From IMG/VR virus record IMGVR_UViG_3300010384_000013: a stretch of 44,330 nucleotides of DNA, one strand, 5' to 3'. This DNA is from a virus. The notes beneath the pieces are model-generated. The model ran no database searches and had not been told where the DNA came from. It saw nothing but the letters and a program-made list of their open reading frames with translations. Below are positions 15,542-24,840 of this stretch, one piece after another (within the stretch, counting starts at the first letter, position 1; the number at the start of each line of letters is the position of its first letter). The position numbers and the translations under genes were made by a program.

Positions 15542-17010
15542 GCCTGACCTTCAGCAACGCCATCCGGCTCGACGCCGTGGATATCGCCCCACACATTGGA
15601 TGGATCGGACGGAATCGTGATCTCAAAGCGATGGAACCGCCCGCTGGCCCTTGCCGGGATAAGGCCCGTCCGCGTATTTGCTGCGGCTGGCAGTTTCCAT
15701 GTCCCGAGATCACCTGCCCAATCCTTGGCGCGTACACGGCCATTGATCATTGGCGCATCGCACAAGGGACGAAATCCACGAACGAATGTCCTGCCCGTTC
15801 CACCAGAGAGATCGGCATCGCCAGTCTGCAAAGTCGCCGGCAATGGCGCTCCAGAGAACACGCCGAACTTGAATTCATCGTTGATCGCGGCAATGAGCGG
15901 AGTGGAGCCCGCCCACGCGCGGCTATCGAGCGAGAACGGCAGGTCCTTCAGGGCGAGCCCAAGGCTATCGAGGCTGTCCAGCGTGTATCCCGGCGTCACC
16001 GCGTCGATGAGACCTGTGAGGATGGTTCCTGGCTTCAGGAGCGACCATCGATCAATGCCGTAATGGTAGAGCAGTACCTTGTCATATGACATCGGCACCG
16101 TGTTTTCGTTGGACCTGTAGGCCCAATAGACGATTTTCCGGTTTGGATCTTCCGAGCCGTAGACATGGAACAGCTCGGAGTGATCGACGTCCTGCAGAAA
16201 GAAGTTGTCGACACGTTCGACCCCAATAGGAACCGGCGGCGCGCCATAGCGATAGAAGCCATCGTCGGAAAGGTAGAAGATGCCTTGCCCCGTCTGCACG
16301 ATGGAGCGAGGGGCAAGACAGCCGTGGTTCGCCACGGTCTGCGAGAACGTCATCACCAGCGACGTATCGAGGGCAAGCGTGCCTTCGCGGATTGATTCCG
16401 CATGGAAGATGACGCAGCCCTTGTTGCCACCGGCAAACCCCATGATTTCGCCGCCATCAGGGAAGGACTGGAAGTCGGATGACCTTTCGCGTGGCGTCCA
16501 CCATTCCGAGTTGTTGAGACCGGACCACTGAATGCGACGCTGGTCCGTGACCTGGTTGGCCAGAACGACGAAATCGCCCAATGTCCCGGTGTAATAGGAT
16601 TTTGGCGGAGAACCAGCCAGATCGGCAAATGCGACAGGCGTGTTGATGTCGATCCACTGGACTTCATTGGCGCCGTTCGTGGCGATCAGGCGGCTACCGA
16701 ACTGCGCAAAGTCCCATTTGCGATCTGCGGAGCCGGTATAGCCCCCAACCCGCGAAACATCGGTCCAGCCCAATGTGGCGACATCGAACATGTAAAGCGC
16801 GGCCTGCGTGCCGACGAAGAGCCGGTATTGCCCGTTCTCGACATAGGCGAGATAGGTTCCCATCGGAGCGGCCGGAAGCGCATCAGAGAGCGGGACAAAC
16901 GCCGGGAAAGGCCCGTAGGAATTTGCCTTTGGAAGAACGTTCTCCATCCTGTCGCTATAGGAGGGATCGAACGTCGACCTATCAGGACCAAATTCCGCGA
17001 AGGGGATCAT
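15538..17010 (-). CDS. tail protein (possible nozzle / tubular tail protein B analogue)
   Basis: ATG 17010 (MIPFAEFGPDRSTF...) overlaps the upstream stop (ATGA), giving 490 aa. Repetitive beta-strand-like segments. The upstream 115 aa of the ORF-track version overlap gene 17007..17666 and look non-coding. Confidence 0.75.
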   Translation of the reverse strand: MIPFAEFGPDRSTFDPSYSDRMENVLPKANSYGPFPAFVPLSDALPAAPMGTYLAYVENGQYRLFVGTQAALYMFDVATLGWTDVSRVGGYTGSADRKWDFAQFGSRLIATNGANEVQWIDINTPVAFADLAGSPPKSYYTGTLGDFVVLANQVTDQRRIQWSGLNNSEWWTPRERSSDFQSFPDGGEIMGFAGGNKGCVIFHAESIREGTLALDTSLVMTFSQTVANHGCLAPRSIVQTGQGIFYLSDDGFYRYGAPPVPIGVERVDNFFLQDVDHSELFHVYGSEDPNRKIVYWAYRSNENTVPMSYDKVLLYHYGIDRWSLLKPGTILTGLIDAVTPGYTLDSLDSLGLALKDLPFSLDSRAWAGSTPLIAAINDEFKFGVFSGAPLPATLQTGDADLSGGTGRTFVRGFRPLCDAPMINGRVRAKDWAGDLGTWKLPAAANTRTGLIPARASGRFHRFEITIPSDPSNVWGDIHGVEPDGVAEGQA

Positions 17011-17666
17011 GACAGCGACCACGCCCACGGATAATTGCCGCGCACAATACGGCCAACCCGCTGCAATGCCGGATCGACCGTGGCGACGGCCCGGTCCTGC
17101 TGTGCGATATAATGCCGGACCTCTGGAATGTCGCTGTTGAGCACGGCCTGGAATTGAGCCGCATAGGGACTGTCGCGGATGAACAGACCGCCCCAGACGA
17201 GAGAGGCCGCAAGATATACGTCCGGATGATAGGTGAGCAGCCAGTTTGTCGGCGCTGCTTCCGAGAGACTGAACCGCTGCTTGAAGCGGAAGCGGAACGA
17301 ATAGGCTTGGTCGAGCGGGCAGTTGAAAACGATGTCGGTGCCGTCGATTGCCCAATAGCGAGGGCGAAGGGAGAGCGTCTGATACGGGAAAGTACCGTCC
17401 GCCTTTTGCGTCAATTCCATTTCGGCTGGAATAATGCCGTCATCCAGGAACAGCGCGACCGGCGCTGCCATGCTGAGCGACGAGATATCGATCTTGGGAT
17501 CGTTCAATGTGCCGGTCAGTGTGGTGTTCAATTCGACCGGCGTCAGTTCCCGGTTGAGCCGGGCCTCCCCGAGAGCAACGAAATCGCCGGCATTGCCGGA
17601 AAGATCGGTGCGCGCCATCCAGTCGGAGACTGAGGCGAGGAGATCGGCATAATTACTGAGCGCCAT
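17007..17666 (-). CDS. virion protein (possible head-to-tail adaptor / tubular tail protein A analogue)
   Basis: 219-aa ORF between the capsid module and the 490-aa tail protein. The function is positional inference only. Confidence 0.7.
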   Translation of the reverse strand: MALSNYADLLASVSDWMARTDLSGNAGDFVALGEARLNRELTPVELNTTLTGTLNDPKIDISSLSMAAPVALFLDDGIIPAEMELTQKADGTFPYQTLSLRPRYWAIDGTDIVFNCPLDQAYSFRFRFKQRFSLSEAAPTNWLLTYHPDVYLAASLVWGGLFIRDSPYAAQFQAVLNSDIPEVRHYIAQQDRAVATVDPALQRVGRIVRGNYPWAWSLS

Positions 17667-18300
17667 GTTGCCGCTCCTTGAGCCATTTGGCCGGATCGCC
17701 TGTGTAGACGCTCAGCCCGTCATGGTGCTTCAGGACAATCGATGGATCGAGGAAGACCGAGCCGCCTGTTTCCCGCCAGAGACGGCAGAAGCCGTAGTCC
17801 TCGCCATATAGCCGGCCGTCGAAGACCCCTGTTGGGAAGAAGTCGCGCCACTCCACGTCCGCCGCGTCGGCGTAACGATTGGCCGGGAGGCTTTCGAGCG
17901 CCTCCCGCGAAACCTTGAGGAACCCACCTGGAAGGCCGTCAACCTTGTAAAGCTCGCCGACAGGTTCCGGCTCGCCGAAGACATGGAAATACTCGTCCTG
18001 ACGCTTAGCCCGGTATGTTGCGCCGACAACATCTTCAGGCCTTAGGGCAAGCTTGATCAGATCGCCGGCCTTCCAAGAGATATCGGCATCGACAAACACG
18101 ATGCTTTCAGCCCTTGGGATGTTCAGGAAATTTTGCGCCAGCTTGTTGCGCGCTATGCCAATGAGGGCGCAGCCAATCTCCCATATCGGCAGAATGTGGA
18201 TTCCCTGCTGAAGAGCGACGAACTGCTCCGCCAACAGGGAATCCACGAGAGGCGCTACCGGCTTCCCGTCATGACACGGGATGCCGACGCATATAAGCAT
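17653..18300 (-). CDS. GT-A (family 2-like) glycosyltransferase
   Basis: ATG 18300 gives MLICVGIPCHDGKPVAPLVDSLL... It has a DxD motif (VFVDADISW) and is 215 aa. The start overlaps the stop of 18300..18521 (TGATG). Confidence 0.65.
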   Translation of the reverse strand: MLICVGIPCHDGKPVAPLVDSLLAEQFVALQQGIHILPIWEIGCALIGIARNKLAQNFLNIPRAESIVFVDADISWKAGDLIKLALRPEDVVGATYRAKRQDEYFHVFGEPEPVGELYKVDGLPGGFLKVSREALESLPANRYADAADVEWRDFFPTGVFDGRLYGEDYGFCRLWRETGGSVFLDPSIVLKHHDGLSVYTGDPAKWLKERQHGAQ

Positions 18301-18521
18301 CAGCCGACGATGCCCTTGGCGGCGAGGACCGCGTAGAGTTCGGCAAATGCTGCGGCAATGTTGGCCGCCGTGGTCGTGGCAGCGGTGAGTGCGGCAGAGA
18401 GCGTGCACGTTGCCTTTGCCACCGGAGTTGCGCCATGAAAGCCAACTTTGTCAGTCGCAGACTGGCCAAGCTTGACGCCATCGGCGCCGCCGTCAGAAAG
18501 CTGTTTTGCAGCCATGTTCAT
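18300..18521 (-). CDS. small capsid-associated protein, hypothetical
   Basis: 73 aa, immediately downstream of the coat gene. Ala/Thr-rich centre (TCTLSAALTAATTTAANIAAAF). Confidence 0.7.
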   Translation of the reverse strand: MNMAAKQLSDGGADGVKLGQSATDKVGFHGATPVAKATCTLSAALTAATTTAANIAAAFAELYAVLAAKGIVG

Positions 18522-18545
18522 ATTCCTTCGAATGAGAGAGAGGAA

Positions 18546-18567
18546 ACGGCCCCGCCCAGGGGGCCGT
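18546..18567 (-). terminator. GC-rich hairpin downstream of the coat gene (attenuator / partial intrinsic terminator)
   Basis: ACGGCCCC-N6-GGGGCCGT (8-bp stem). On the transcribed strand it is followed by TTTCCTCTCTCTC, so there is only a short U-tract. Confidence 0.4.
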
Positions 18568-18573
18568 CATGGA

Positions 18574-19791
18574 TCAGGCCGAGCCGCTGATGCGCAGGGC
18601 CTGCCTGGGATCGATCGCCTTGACGCCGTAGAGCATGTCGAGACGCCATGCGCTCACGTCATTGATGCCGTCATAGACGGGAATGACGCGAACGCTGGTG
18701 CCCTTGTACGTACGGCGGGACACATCGACGGCGCCGGGAGGCGACACGAGCGGCACCGACACGAGAGCAAAGGCCTTCTCCGTGAACATCATGTTCTGGC
18801 GATAGCCGGTGCTCGCGGTGCCGACAGCGGTGATCGCCGCCGAGTTGAGATCGGTCGTGCCGGCGGCAACAGCCACGTTCTGGAATGCACCGGTCCAGAT
18901 CATCGCCGGGTAGAATACCAGCGTATTGGACGAGTACGAAACCACCGTGAACTGCTTGGCGAAGCCCAGATCGGCCTTCGACACTGGATTTACCGCGTTC
19001 ACATTGGCAATCGTGAACACGTCGCCGGGATTCAGATTCACCGACGCAACCGTGATGGTCTGCTGCATCGTGTCCTTGACCGTGGCATAGTCGATGGTCG
19101 AGGTCGTGACCGACTGGTTGATTGTGCCGGAGAGGTCCGAACCGGTGATATGGGTCGGGACGTTCTGCGACATGTAGGTATCGACGCCGCCGATCATGCC
19201 AAGCGAGCCCTGACGATAGGCGCCCTTGGCCGCGTCCTGGATGTAGAGCGCGGTCTGAGAACCCAGCAGCCCCCAATGATCGGCCGGCGACAGGACGGCG
19301 CTGCGGCCATCGGTCGGGATGGCGTATTCGTCCATGCGCTGCGGCCCAACAGCGAAGTCGGCGTAGCTGTTGATCGTCTGGCCCGCAGTCCCTACCCAAT
19401 TGGGAACGGACGCGTAGAGGGCCATCAGATCGCGGTCGACCTGGTTGGCGAGCTGCACCATCGCCGGCTTGATCACGCGCTCGGACAGGTCTTCGATGCG
19501 CAGGGTCAAGTCCTGGGTCGTGAACTTGAAATCCACGCCCTTGAACTTGTCGACGGTGATGGAGGTCTTTCCTTCGATAACGTCCTGCGTGGTCATGGTG
19601 GACCCGCTGCGGACGGTGAAGTCAGTCGGCTTGCGGATCGAAAGCGTCTCACCGATGTTGTAGCCGTTGACCTTCTTGTCGAAGTCGTTTTCGTAGCCAC
19701 GGAAGACCTGTTTGGCCATCACGAGGTTGTTGTCGAGGATCATCACCGCCTCCTTGGCGATGATGTCCGCAGTCAGTGTGGTGTTGGACAT
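18574..19791 (-). CDS. major capsid protein (P22 coat-like, HK97 fold)
   Basis: 405 aa, following the scaffold gene. The N-terminus MSNTTLTADIIAKEAVMILDNNLVMAKQV and the overall layout resemble the P22_CoatProtein family. Confidence 0.85.
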   Translation of the reverse strand: MSNTTLTADIIAKEAVMILDNNLVMAKQVFRGYENDFDKKVNGYNIGETLSIRKPTDFTVRSGSTMTTQDVIEGKTSITVDKFKGVDFKFTTQDLTLRIEDLSERVIKPAMVQLANQVDRDLMALYASVPNWVGTAGQTINSYADFAVGPQRMDEYAIPTDGRSAVLSPADHWGLLGSQTALYIQDAAKGAYRQGSLGMIGGVDTYMSQNVPTHITGSDLSGTINQSVTTSTIDYATVKDTMQQTITVASVNLNPGDVFTIANVNAVNPVSKADLGFAKQFTVVSYSSNTLVFYPAMIWTGAFQNVAVAAGTTDLNSAAITAVGTASTGYRQNMMFTEKAFALVSVPLVSPPGAVDVSRRTYKGTSVRVIPVYDGINDVSAWRLDMLYGVKAIDPRQALRISGSA

Positions 19792-19860
19792 GGTAGTTCC
19801 TTCGGGCGGCCGTGGCCGCGCTGGGACTGGACGACATCACGTCGTTCAATCGGGTTGGGT

Positions 19861-20703
19861 CTATCGCCCTTGCTGCTGCTTCCTGCGCGCAGCCACGTAC
19901 TCGTCCATGTCCATGTCCGCGAGGCTCTTGCGGGCTGGCGGATTCGCCTTGGCCGCGACGACCTTCAGGGGTTCGACAAGGGGAGCCGGCTTTGGGGCGG
20001 CGGGTTTCTTCGTAAGGGCCTGTTCGCCCAGCCTGGCGAGATAGAGCATCTCGTAGACCATGGGAGACATCGCATCGAGGAGGTTCTGGTTGGTGGCGCC
20101 CTTGCTCTTGGCCCACTCCACGACCTGGCTATCCGTCTCCGGCGTCCAGCCCTTCAAATTCTTCTTCGCCCATTCCTGCGTTTGCTCGAAGCGCCTGGCA
20201 GTATCCTGCTGCGCCTGTAGAGACCGCTGGTTCTGGCGTTCGCTCAAGTCGCTCTCGATGGACGCTGCCTGATCCTTCATGGTCTGGTAGCGCATCCAGT
20301 GCTGCTGGGCGCCAATCGGATCTTCAGCCGAAAGCTGGTTCCAATTGACGTTCGCATATTCCGCCATCTGGCTCTTGAGCACAAACAGATGACCCCGCGC
20401 CGTCAGTTCCTCGTTCGAGGCCTGGAATTGCTGGTTGAGCTGCTGCGCGCGCTCTTCCAGTTCCTTGCGGGTCGCCGCGACTTCCTGGGTTTTGCGGGTG
20501 TAGTCGCCGTGCATAAGCACGCCGTCCTTGAGGCCTTTCGGCCCCTTGATCTTCTTCCCGTTCCAGTCGAATTCCTCTAGGTCTTCTTCCGGTTCGGGCT
20601 GTTGACCATCATCACCTTCGGTGACTTCGGTATCCGGTTCGTCGGGCTCCACTGCATCGATTGGCGCTTCCGCTTCGGCAATGGATTCCTGTTCACCGTC
20701 CAT
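19861..20703 (-). CDS. scaffolding protein
   Basis: 280 aa. Acidic N-terminus and a long charged helical region. Located between the portal and coat genes. Confidence 0.75.
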   Translation of the reverse strand: MDGEQESIAEAEAPIDAVEPDEPDTEVTEGDDGQQPEPEEDLEEFDWNGKKIKGPKGLKDGVLMHGDYTRKTQEVAATRKELEERAQQLNQQFQASNEELTARGHLFVLKSQMAEYANVNWNQLSAEDPIGAQQHWMRYQTMKDQAASIESDLSERQNQRSLQAQQDTARRFEQTQEWAKKNLKGWTPETDSQVVEWAKSKGATNQNLLDAMSPMVYEMLYLARLGEQALTKKPAAPKPAPLVEPLKVVAAKANPPARKSLADMDMDEYVAARRKQQQGR

Positions 20704-20740
20704 GGGTGCACTCCTCTTTCAGGTTGGTGCGGTTGAAAAA

Positions 20741-22822
20741 CTAGGAGGCTGCTTTCGTCGGCTGGGGACGGGCAGCGAGCGCGGCCGCGTGGGCCTGTGC
20801 CTTGAAGAACTCGGTTTCCTTGTCGGCCTCGATCTTGGCGGCCGCTATTTCTTTCTCGCTTTGGACCTTGATCAGCGCGATTTGGTGATCCGATTCGACC
20901 TGGGCCATCTTGTCGCTGTGGTCCTGCTTCAACTGCTGGTTTTCCTGCTGAAGCTGCTGAAGCTTGGTGCTCAGGTCCTGGATCATCTTCTTGCCCTGAT
21001 CCATCTGCTGCTGGACCTGGGGCGAGACCTGACCAGACGCCATGTCCTCCAGCTTCTGCGCGATCTTGTCGGCGTTCGGGAAATCCATGCTCTTGACAAG
21101 CTCGGGACCGACCGCAGGCGCAATGGCGGGATTGGCCCTGATAAGCTCTGTGGCCGCCGCGACGAACTCTTCTCGCTGCGTGGTGAAGCTCGGGCCAGTC
21201 TCCACAGTGAGGTCGTATTTTCCCACCGTCAGGTCATGAAGCGCCATTATCGGCTGCATCAGCGGGTTGCCGCCCTGATCCCGCATCGGACCATTCGGCC
21301 CCATCACAGGCTGCTGCATCGGCTGGCCGGTCTTGGGGTCCTTCATCTGATACTGCTGGTTGATCGGCTTGGCTTCCTGTGTTCCATCCTCGCCGATCAC
21401 GCGGATGATGCGCTCGCCCGAGTATACCTTGGGAATGAGGTCGATCAGGATACGTCCGGTGTGCCTGATGGCGCGGGACATGTTATCGATGAAGTGGAAG
21501 GTCGAGACGTCCCCTTCCCTCTGCCTCGCCATGATCGCGCGGCCTGATGTTTCGTTCGAACGGGCGCCCAAGGAAGCGTCGTAGAGGCCGATGATGGACT
21601 TGATGTCGTCCGATGCGTTCAATGCCTCCTGAAGCGCTCCAGCGGCCGTTCCCATGTCCAACGGCTGGCGCTGCGGCGGCTGCTTGCCCTTGCTGTATTC
21701 AAGGAAAGGATGGCTCTTGGTGTTCGCCGTGTTCCAACGATGGATATCAACGTCGAAAGCGCCTTCCTCACCGATGAATGGCACCTTGGGCGCCAGAGCC
21801 ACCAGCTCCGTTGAAGCGGTGCGCCAGTAGTTGAACATCCGCTGCGCATCGATGGCATTGTGGATCAGGGAGCGGAAATAGCGCTTGCCCTCCACATCGA
21901 ATTCATCGCCGTAAACCGGGATGATCGGAATATAGCGGCCCGGCCATTCGCGGGTTTCGAGTATCTCTGCTCCAGACATGAAGCGCTGCGTGACCTTGCA
22001 GGACTTCGCCATGCGCTCTCGGGCAACCTGGATTTGGCCAGCCTGGAGCAGGAACTGCATTTCGTCCGACTGCATGTCCTCGCGATCATGCACACTGCCA
22101 TCGGAGAGCAGGACGATAGGCCGATCCGTCTCCTCTCGCGTCCACCATTCCGCAACCGTCGTGGTGTTACCGTCGCGCCAGCTTGTGCCCACCTCATTCC
22201 AGACGGAATCGTCCCAATCGACCTGGGCCTTGTCTCCCCATTGTGCCTTGAATTGCTCTTTCGTCAGTTGGTCCACGACGAAGGCCTTGTCCCAATCGGA
22301 ACTGTCAGCTTCACGGGAATTCGGATCGCCATAGATCGAGAACGGATTGGAAACCCGCTTGATGCAGATATCCATGTCGAATGCGTCGTCATAGGCGTAG
22401 TCCATGCCGACGCGGATATAGCCAACTCCTCCGGTGACGGCGCACTCTGTTGCCGTGTCGTAAGCCGTGTCCGCGTTGCTCGTGTATTCGATGTTGCGGA
22501 TCAGGCCATTGATCAGTTCAGCCGTGGCAGGATCGGCGCCGCTGTCAGCCGCATGGACCTTGATGGACGGCTTGTTCTGCCGCGCGTCATTCACAACCTG
22601 GCGAATGAACGTGGGCAGCTTGTTGATGGTGAGGCAAGGACGGCCTTCGATCTGGCGCTGCCTTGCAACATCCGCAGGCCACTGAATGCCGAGACGGGAG
22701 AACTGGATATCCTCAAGCGCTGCGGTGCGGTTGTCGTTCTCCGCATCCTCGCAGAGCCGGAAATCTTCCAGCGCAGCGCGGAGGAGATCATCATCCTCAC
22801 TGCCTTTTTTGGGTTTAGCCAT
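20741..22822 (-). CDS. portal protein (P22-type, with C-terminal coiled-coil barrel)
   Basis: 693 aa, directly after TerL. N-terminal region DIQFSRLGIQWPADVARQRQIEGRPCLTINKLPTFIRQVVND. C-terminal QQ/LK heptad-like tail. Confidence 0.9.
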   Translation of the reverse strand: MAKPKKGSEDDDLLRAALEDFRLCEDAENDNRTAALEDIQFSRLGIQWPADVARQRQIEGRPCLTINKLPTFIRQVVNDARQNKPSIKVHAADSGADPATAELINGLIRNIEYTSNADTAYDTATECAVTGGVGYIRVGMDYAYDDAFDMDICIKRVSNPFSIYGDPNSREADSSDWDKAFVVDQLTKEQFKAQWGDKAQVDWDDSVWNEVGTSWRDGNTTTVAEWWTREETDRPIVLLSDGSVHDREDMQSDEMQFLLQAGQIQVARERMAKSCKVTQRFMSGAEILETREWPGRYIPIIPVYGDEFDVEGKRYFRSLIHNAIDAQRMFNYWRTASTELVALAPKVPFIGEEGAFDVDIHRWNTANTKSHPFLEYSKGKQPPQRQPLDMGTAAGALQEALNASDDIKSIIGLYDASLGARSNETSGRAIMARQREGDVSTFHFIDNMSRAIRHTGRILIDLIPKVYSGERIIRVIGEDGTQEAKPINQQYQMKDPKTGQPMQQPVMGPNGPMRDQGGNPLMQPIMALHDLTVGKYDLTVETGPSFTTQREEFVAAATELIRANPAIAPAVGPELVKSMDFPNADKIAQKLEDMASGQVSPQVQQQMDQGKKMIQDLSTKLQQLQQENQQLKQDHSDKMAQVESDHQIALIKVQSEKEIAAAKIEADKETEFFKAQAHAAALAARPQPTKAAS

Positions 22823-22825
22823 GAA

Positions 22826-24112
22826 CTATCCCATCCAGCCGCCGGCACTGTAGCGCGGCATTGCTTCGCGCTTGCGCTCGACCGGCTCTTCGTAGGCCAC
22901 GCACATCAAGCCGAACGCATCGGCTCCGTGCGATGACCAGTCATGTTCGGGCCCAAGGCCGATGTTGCGGGCCTCATCGAATTTCTCATGATACCAGCCA
23001 AGCGCATCGATGCCGGCTGAACAGGTCGCCTCGTTGAACCAGACGGCGGGGAAAAGCCTCCGGGCAACTTCAACGCGCTTGAGAGCAGCACCCTTGCCCT
23101 GGTTTGGAACCGTACGAACCTTGAAACCGGCCGCCGAGATATGATCCTCGAAACGGATGGCTGTTACCGCGTCTTCCTTCGACCCGTCATGGGGGAGGAC
23201 ACATTCCGCTGAGTCGTAATTGTTTGACCGTAGCCATTCGAGATGCGCGGCAAGCGGTTGCCGAACAGCCTCGTAATAGTCGAGCACGCGAATGGTTTTG
23301 CCGACGAACTGGCATACCCATATCGCAGTCGCATCGCGAACACCGATATCCCAGACCGCATAGACCGGGAGCATCGGATCACGCGGGACAACGCCTATCC
23401 TGTTTTGCTTCCTCGCTTCAGCCAGGCTCTTGGCGTAATAGGCGCCGGTCAGAACCGAAGCGTAGTCACCCTCCCAGATATGTGCGTATTGGTCTGGGTC
23501 GTCTCTGAGGCAGTCAATGCGCTCTTGAGCAAGGACACTCGGGAACCACGGGTTATCAGACCAGTTGGCGCGGACAACGGCGGCGCCCGTTGGCTTCTTG
23601 TCGCCGCGTAACAGAACATCGATTGGATCTGATTTGCGGCGCGGGTTCCAGCTTGCCCATATTTCGGAACCATCGGCGCGAATGGTTGGCCTCAACAGCG
23701 TCAGCGAAGTAGTGGACAGGGTTTGCGCTTCTTCGATCCACGCACGCTTGAAGCCCTCCAATGACTTGATCGATTCCGCTGTGTGATCCTGCATGCCCTG
23801 AAACAGGATCACGCCATCGCCCGGCGTTTCGATCTTCTCGTTGAAGACCTTGAACCCGTCCGCCACCCCAAGCCTGTATTCGATAAGCTTGGCCTCGATC
23901 AGACGCTTTGCGGAGTCCTTGAGGCTCTTCTGCACCTCACGAACACAGACCGAGAGCAGGCCCTTTTCGGCTAGACTGTCCTCGATCATCAACCCGGCGA
24001 AGAAATGCGACTTGCCTGAGCCGCGACCGCCGTGGGCGCCTTTGTATCGAGCTGGGGCAAGGAGAGGTTCAAAGACCTCCGCTGTTTCAATTGCCAGCGT
24101 TCGGCCTGACAA
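22826..24112 (-). CDS. terL: terminase large subunit (Terminase_3 / PBSX type)
   Basis: Walker A GGRGSGKSH. 428 aa. C-terminal nuclease-type region. Located upstream of the portal gene. Confidence 0.9.
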   Translation of the reverse strand: MSGRTLAIETAEVFEPLLAPARYKGAHGGRGSGKSHFFAGLMIEDSLAEKGLLSVCVREVQKSLKDSAKRLIEAKLIEYRLGVADGFKVFNEKIETPGDGVILFQGMQDHTAESIKSLEGFKRAWIEEAQTLSTTSLTLLRPTIRADGSEIWASWNPRRKSDPIDVLLRGDKKPTGAAVVRANWSDNPWFPSVLAQERIDCLRDDPDQYAHIWEGDYASVLTGAYYAKSLAEARKQNRIGVVPRDPMLPVYAVWDIGVRDATAIWVCQFVGKTIRVLDYYEAVRQPLAAHLEWLRSNNYDSAECVLPHDGSKEDAVTAIRFEDHISAAGFKVRTVPNQGKGAALKRVEVARRLFPAVWFNEATCSAGIDALGWYHEKFDEARNIGLGPEHDWSSHGADAFGLMCVAYEEPVERKREAMPRYSAGGWMG

Positions 24113-24359
24113 GGCGCCGCTCGACTACATGGACCAAGCTGATCGGATCACTTTCGTCATCGCCGACAACAGCCTGCGGCACCTTGCCGTCGAGGCGATC
24201 AGCTATTTCCTTGATCGCCGCAACATCGCCGGCAACAGCTTTCTCTATCAGAGCATCAGCGACCGCGCGAAGCTTTGTGCCGCCAGCTTCCGTCGCCTCC
24301 TTGATCGCGATGTTGAGCATGTTGGCGAAGGACTTTTCCTTCGGAGGACGGCCAGCCAT
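24087..24359 (-). CDS. putative terminase small subunit
   Basis: 90-aa ORF whose end overlaps the TerL start by 26 nt. Basic N-terminus (MAGRPPKEKSF). The assignment is positional. Confidence 0.55.
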   Translation of the reverse strand: MAGRPPKEKSFANMLNIAIKEATEAGGTKLRAVADALIEKAVAGDVAAIKEIADRLDGKVPQAVVGDDESDPISLVHVVERRLVRPNAGN

Positions 24360-24840
24360 TAAATTGGCCTAACCGTTTGATTGTTCAAGATTGAACACAT
24401 TGGCAGTTCCTTGCGGGATTGTTGCCGGGATGATGCGATGCGCTCCACATTTGTGTGGAATCGGGGTCAGGACAGGCAGGGCTCGATACCTGCTTCTTTA
24501 CGCGGCCCAGCAACCCAGCGGCTTCCAATGTATCCGCCATAAGGTGGGCATCTTTCTTGGAGCGGTGCGCGTCCTTCCGCGCGGCTGTCCTGATGGATTG
24601 CAGGCGGCCGAGTGTCCGGCGCTTAATCCGTAAGCTATGCTGATTGCAGCGAAGTTCGGGCCTGCAAACGAGAGAGCCTAGCGATGCGCTTCCGTGAGAG
24701 GCGGCCAGGCTACGTTGTTGAATTTTGGCAAAGTTTTCCAACCGCCGTTTGCGATGAAACGGCATCAGACCGGGCCGATGGCCGCCGCCGTCTGGTTCGC
24801 AAAAGCGAATCTACCTCACGTTTCTGTAGAAAGCAAGCCC
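24360..24840 (-). promoter_or_regulatory. ~480-nt ORF-free leader of the packaging/structural operon (late promoter, pac and/or antitermination target)
   Basis: No convincing ORF in any frame. It contains the palindrome TGTTCAAgaTTGAACA (24382-24397) next to the terS start, and several GC hairpins. Confidence 0.5.

Noticed and set aside
18448-20220. 590-aa plus-strand ORF covering the coat and scaffold genes
   Set aside because: It is antisense to two well-supported structural genes. The sequence is Arg/Gly/His/Asp-rich with no motifs. It is a GC-driven open frame.
20621-22936. 308-aa and 358-aa plus-strand ORFs antisense to the portal and scaffold genes
   Set aside because: Same reasoning: Leu/Arg-rich antisense frames. 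The portal frame is clearly the coding one.
24385-24765. 126-aa minus-strand ORF inside the late leader
   Set aside because: Arg/Ser/His-rich sequence, no SD and no coupling. The region is better treated as non-coding regulatory or structured leader.
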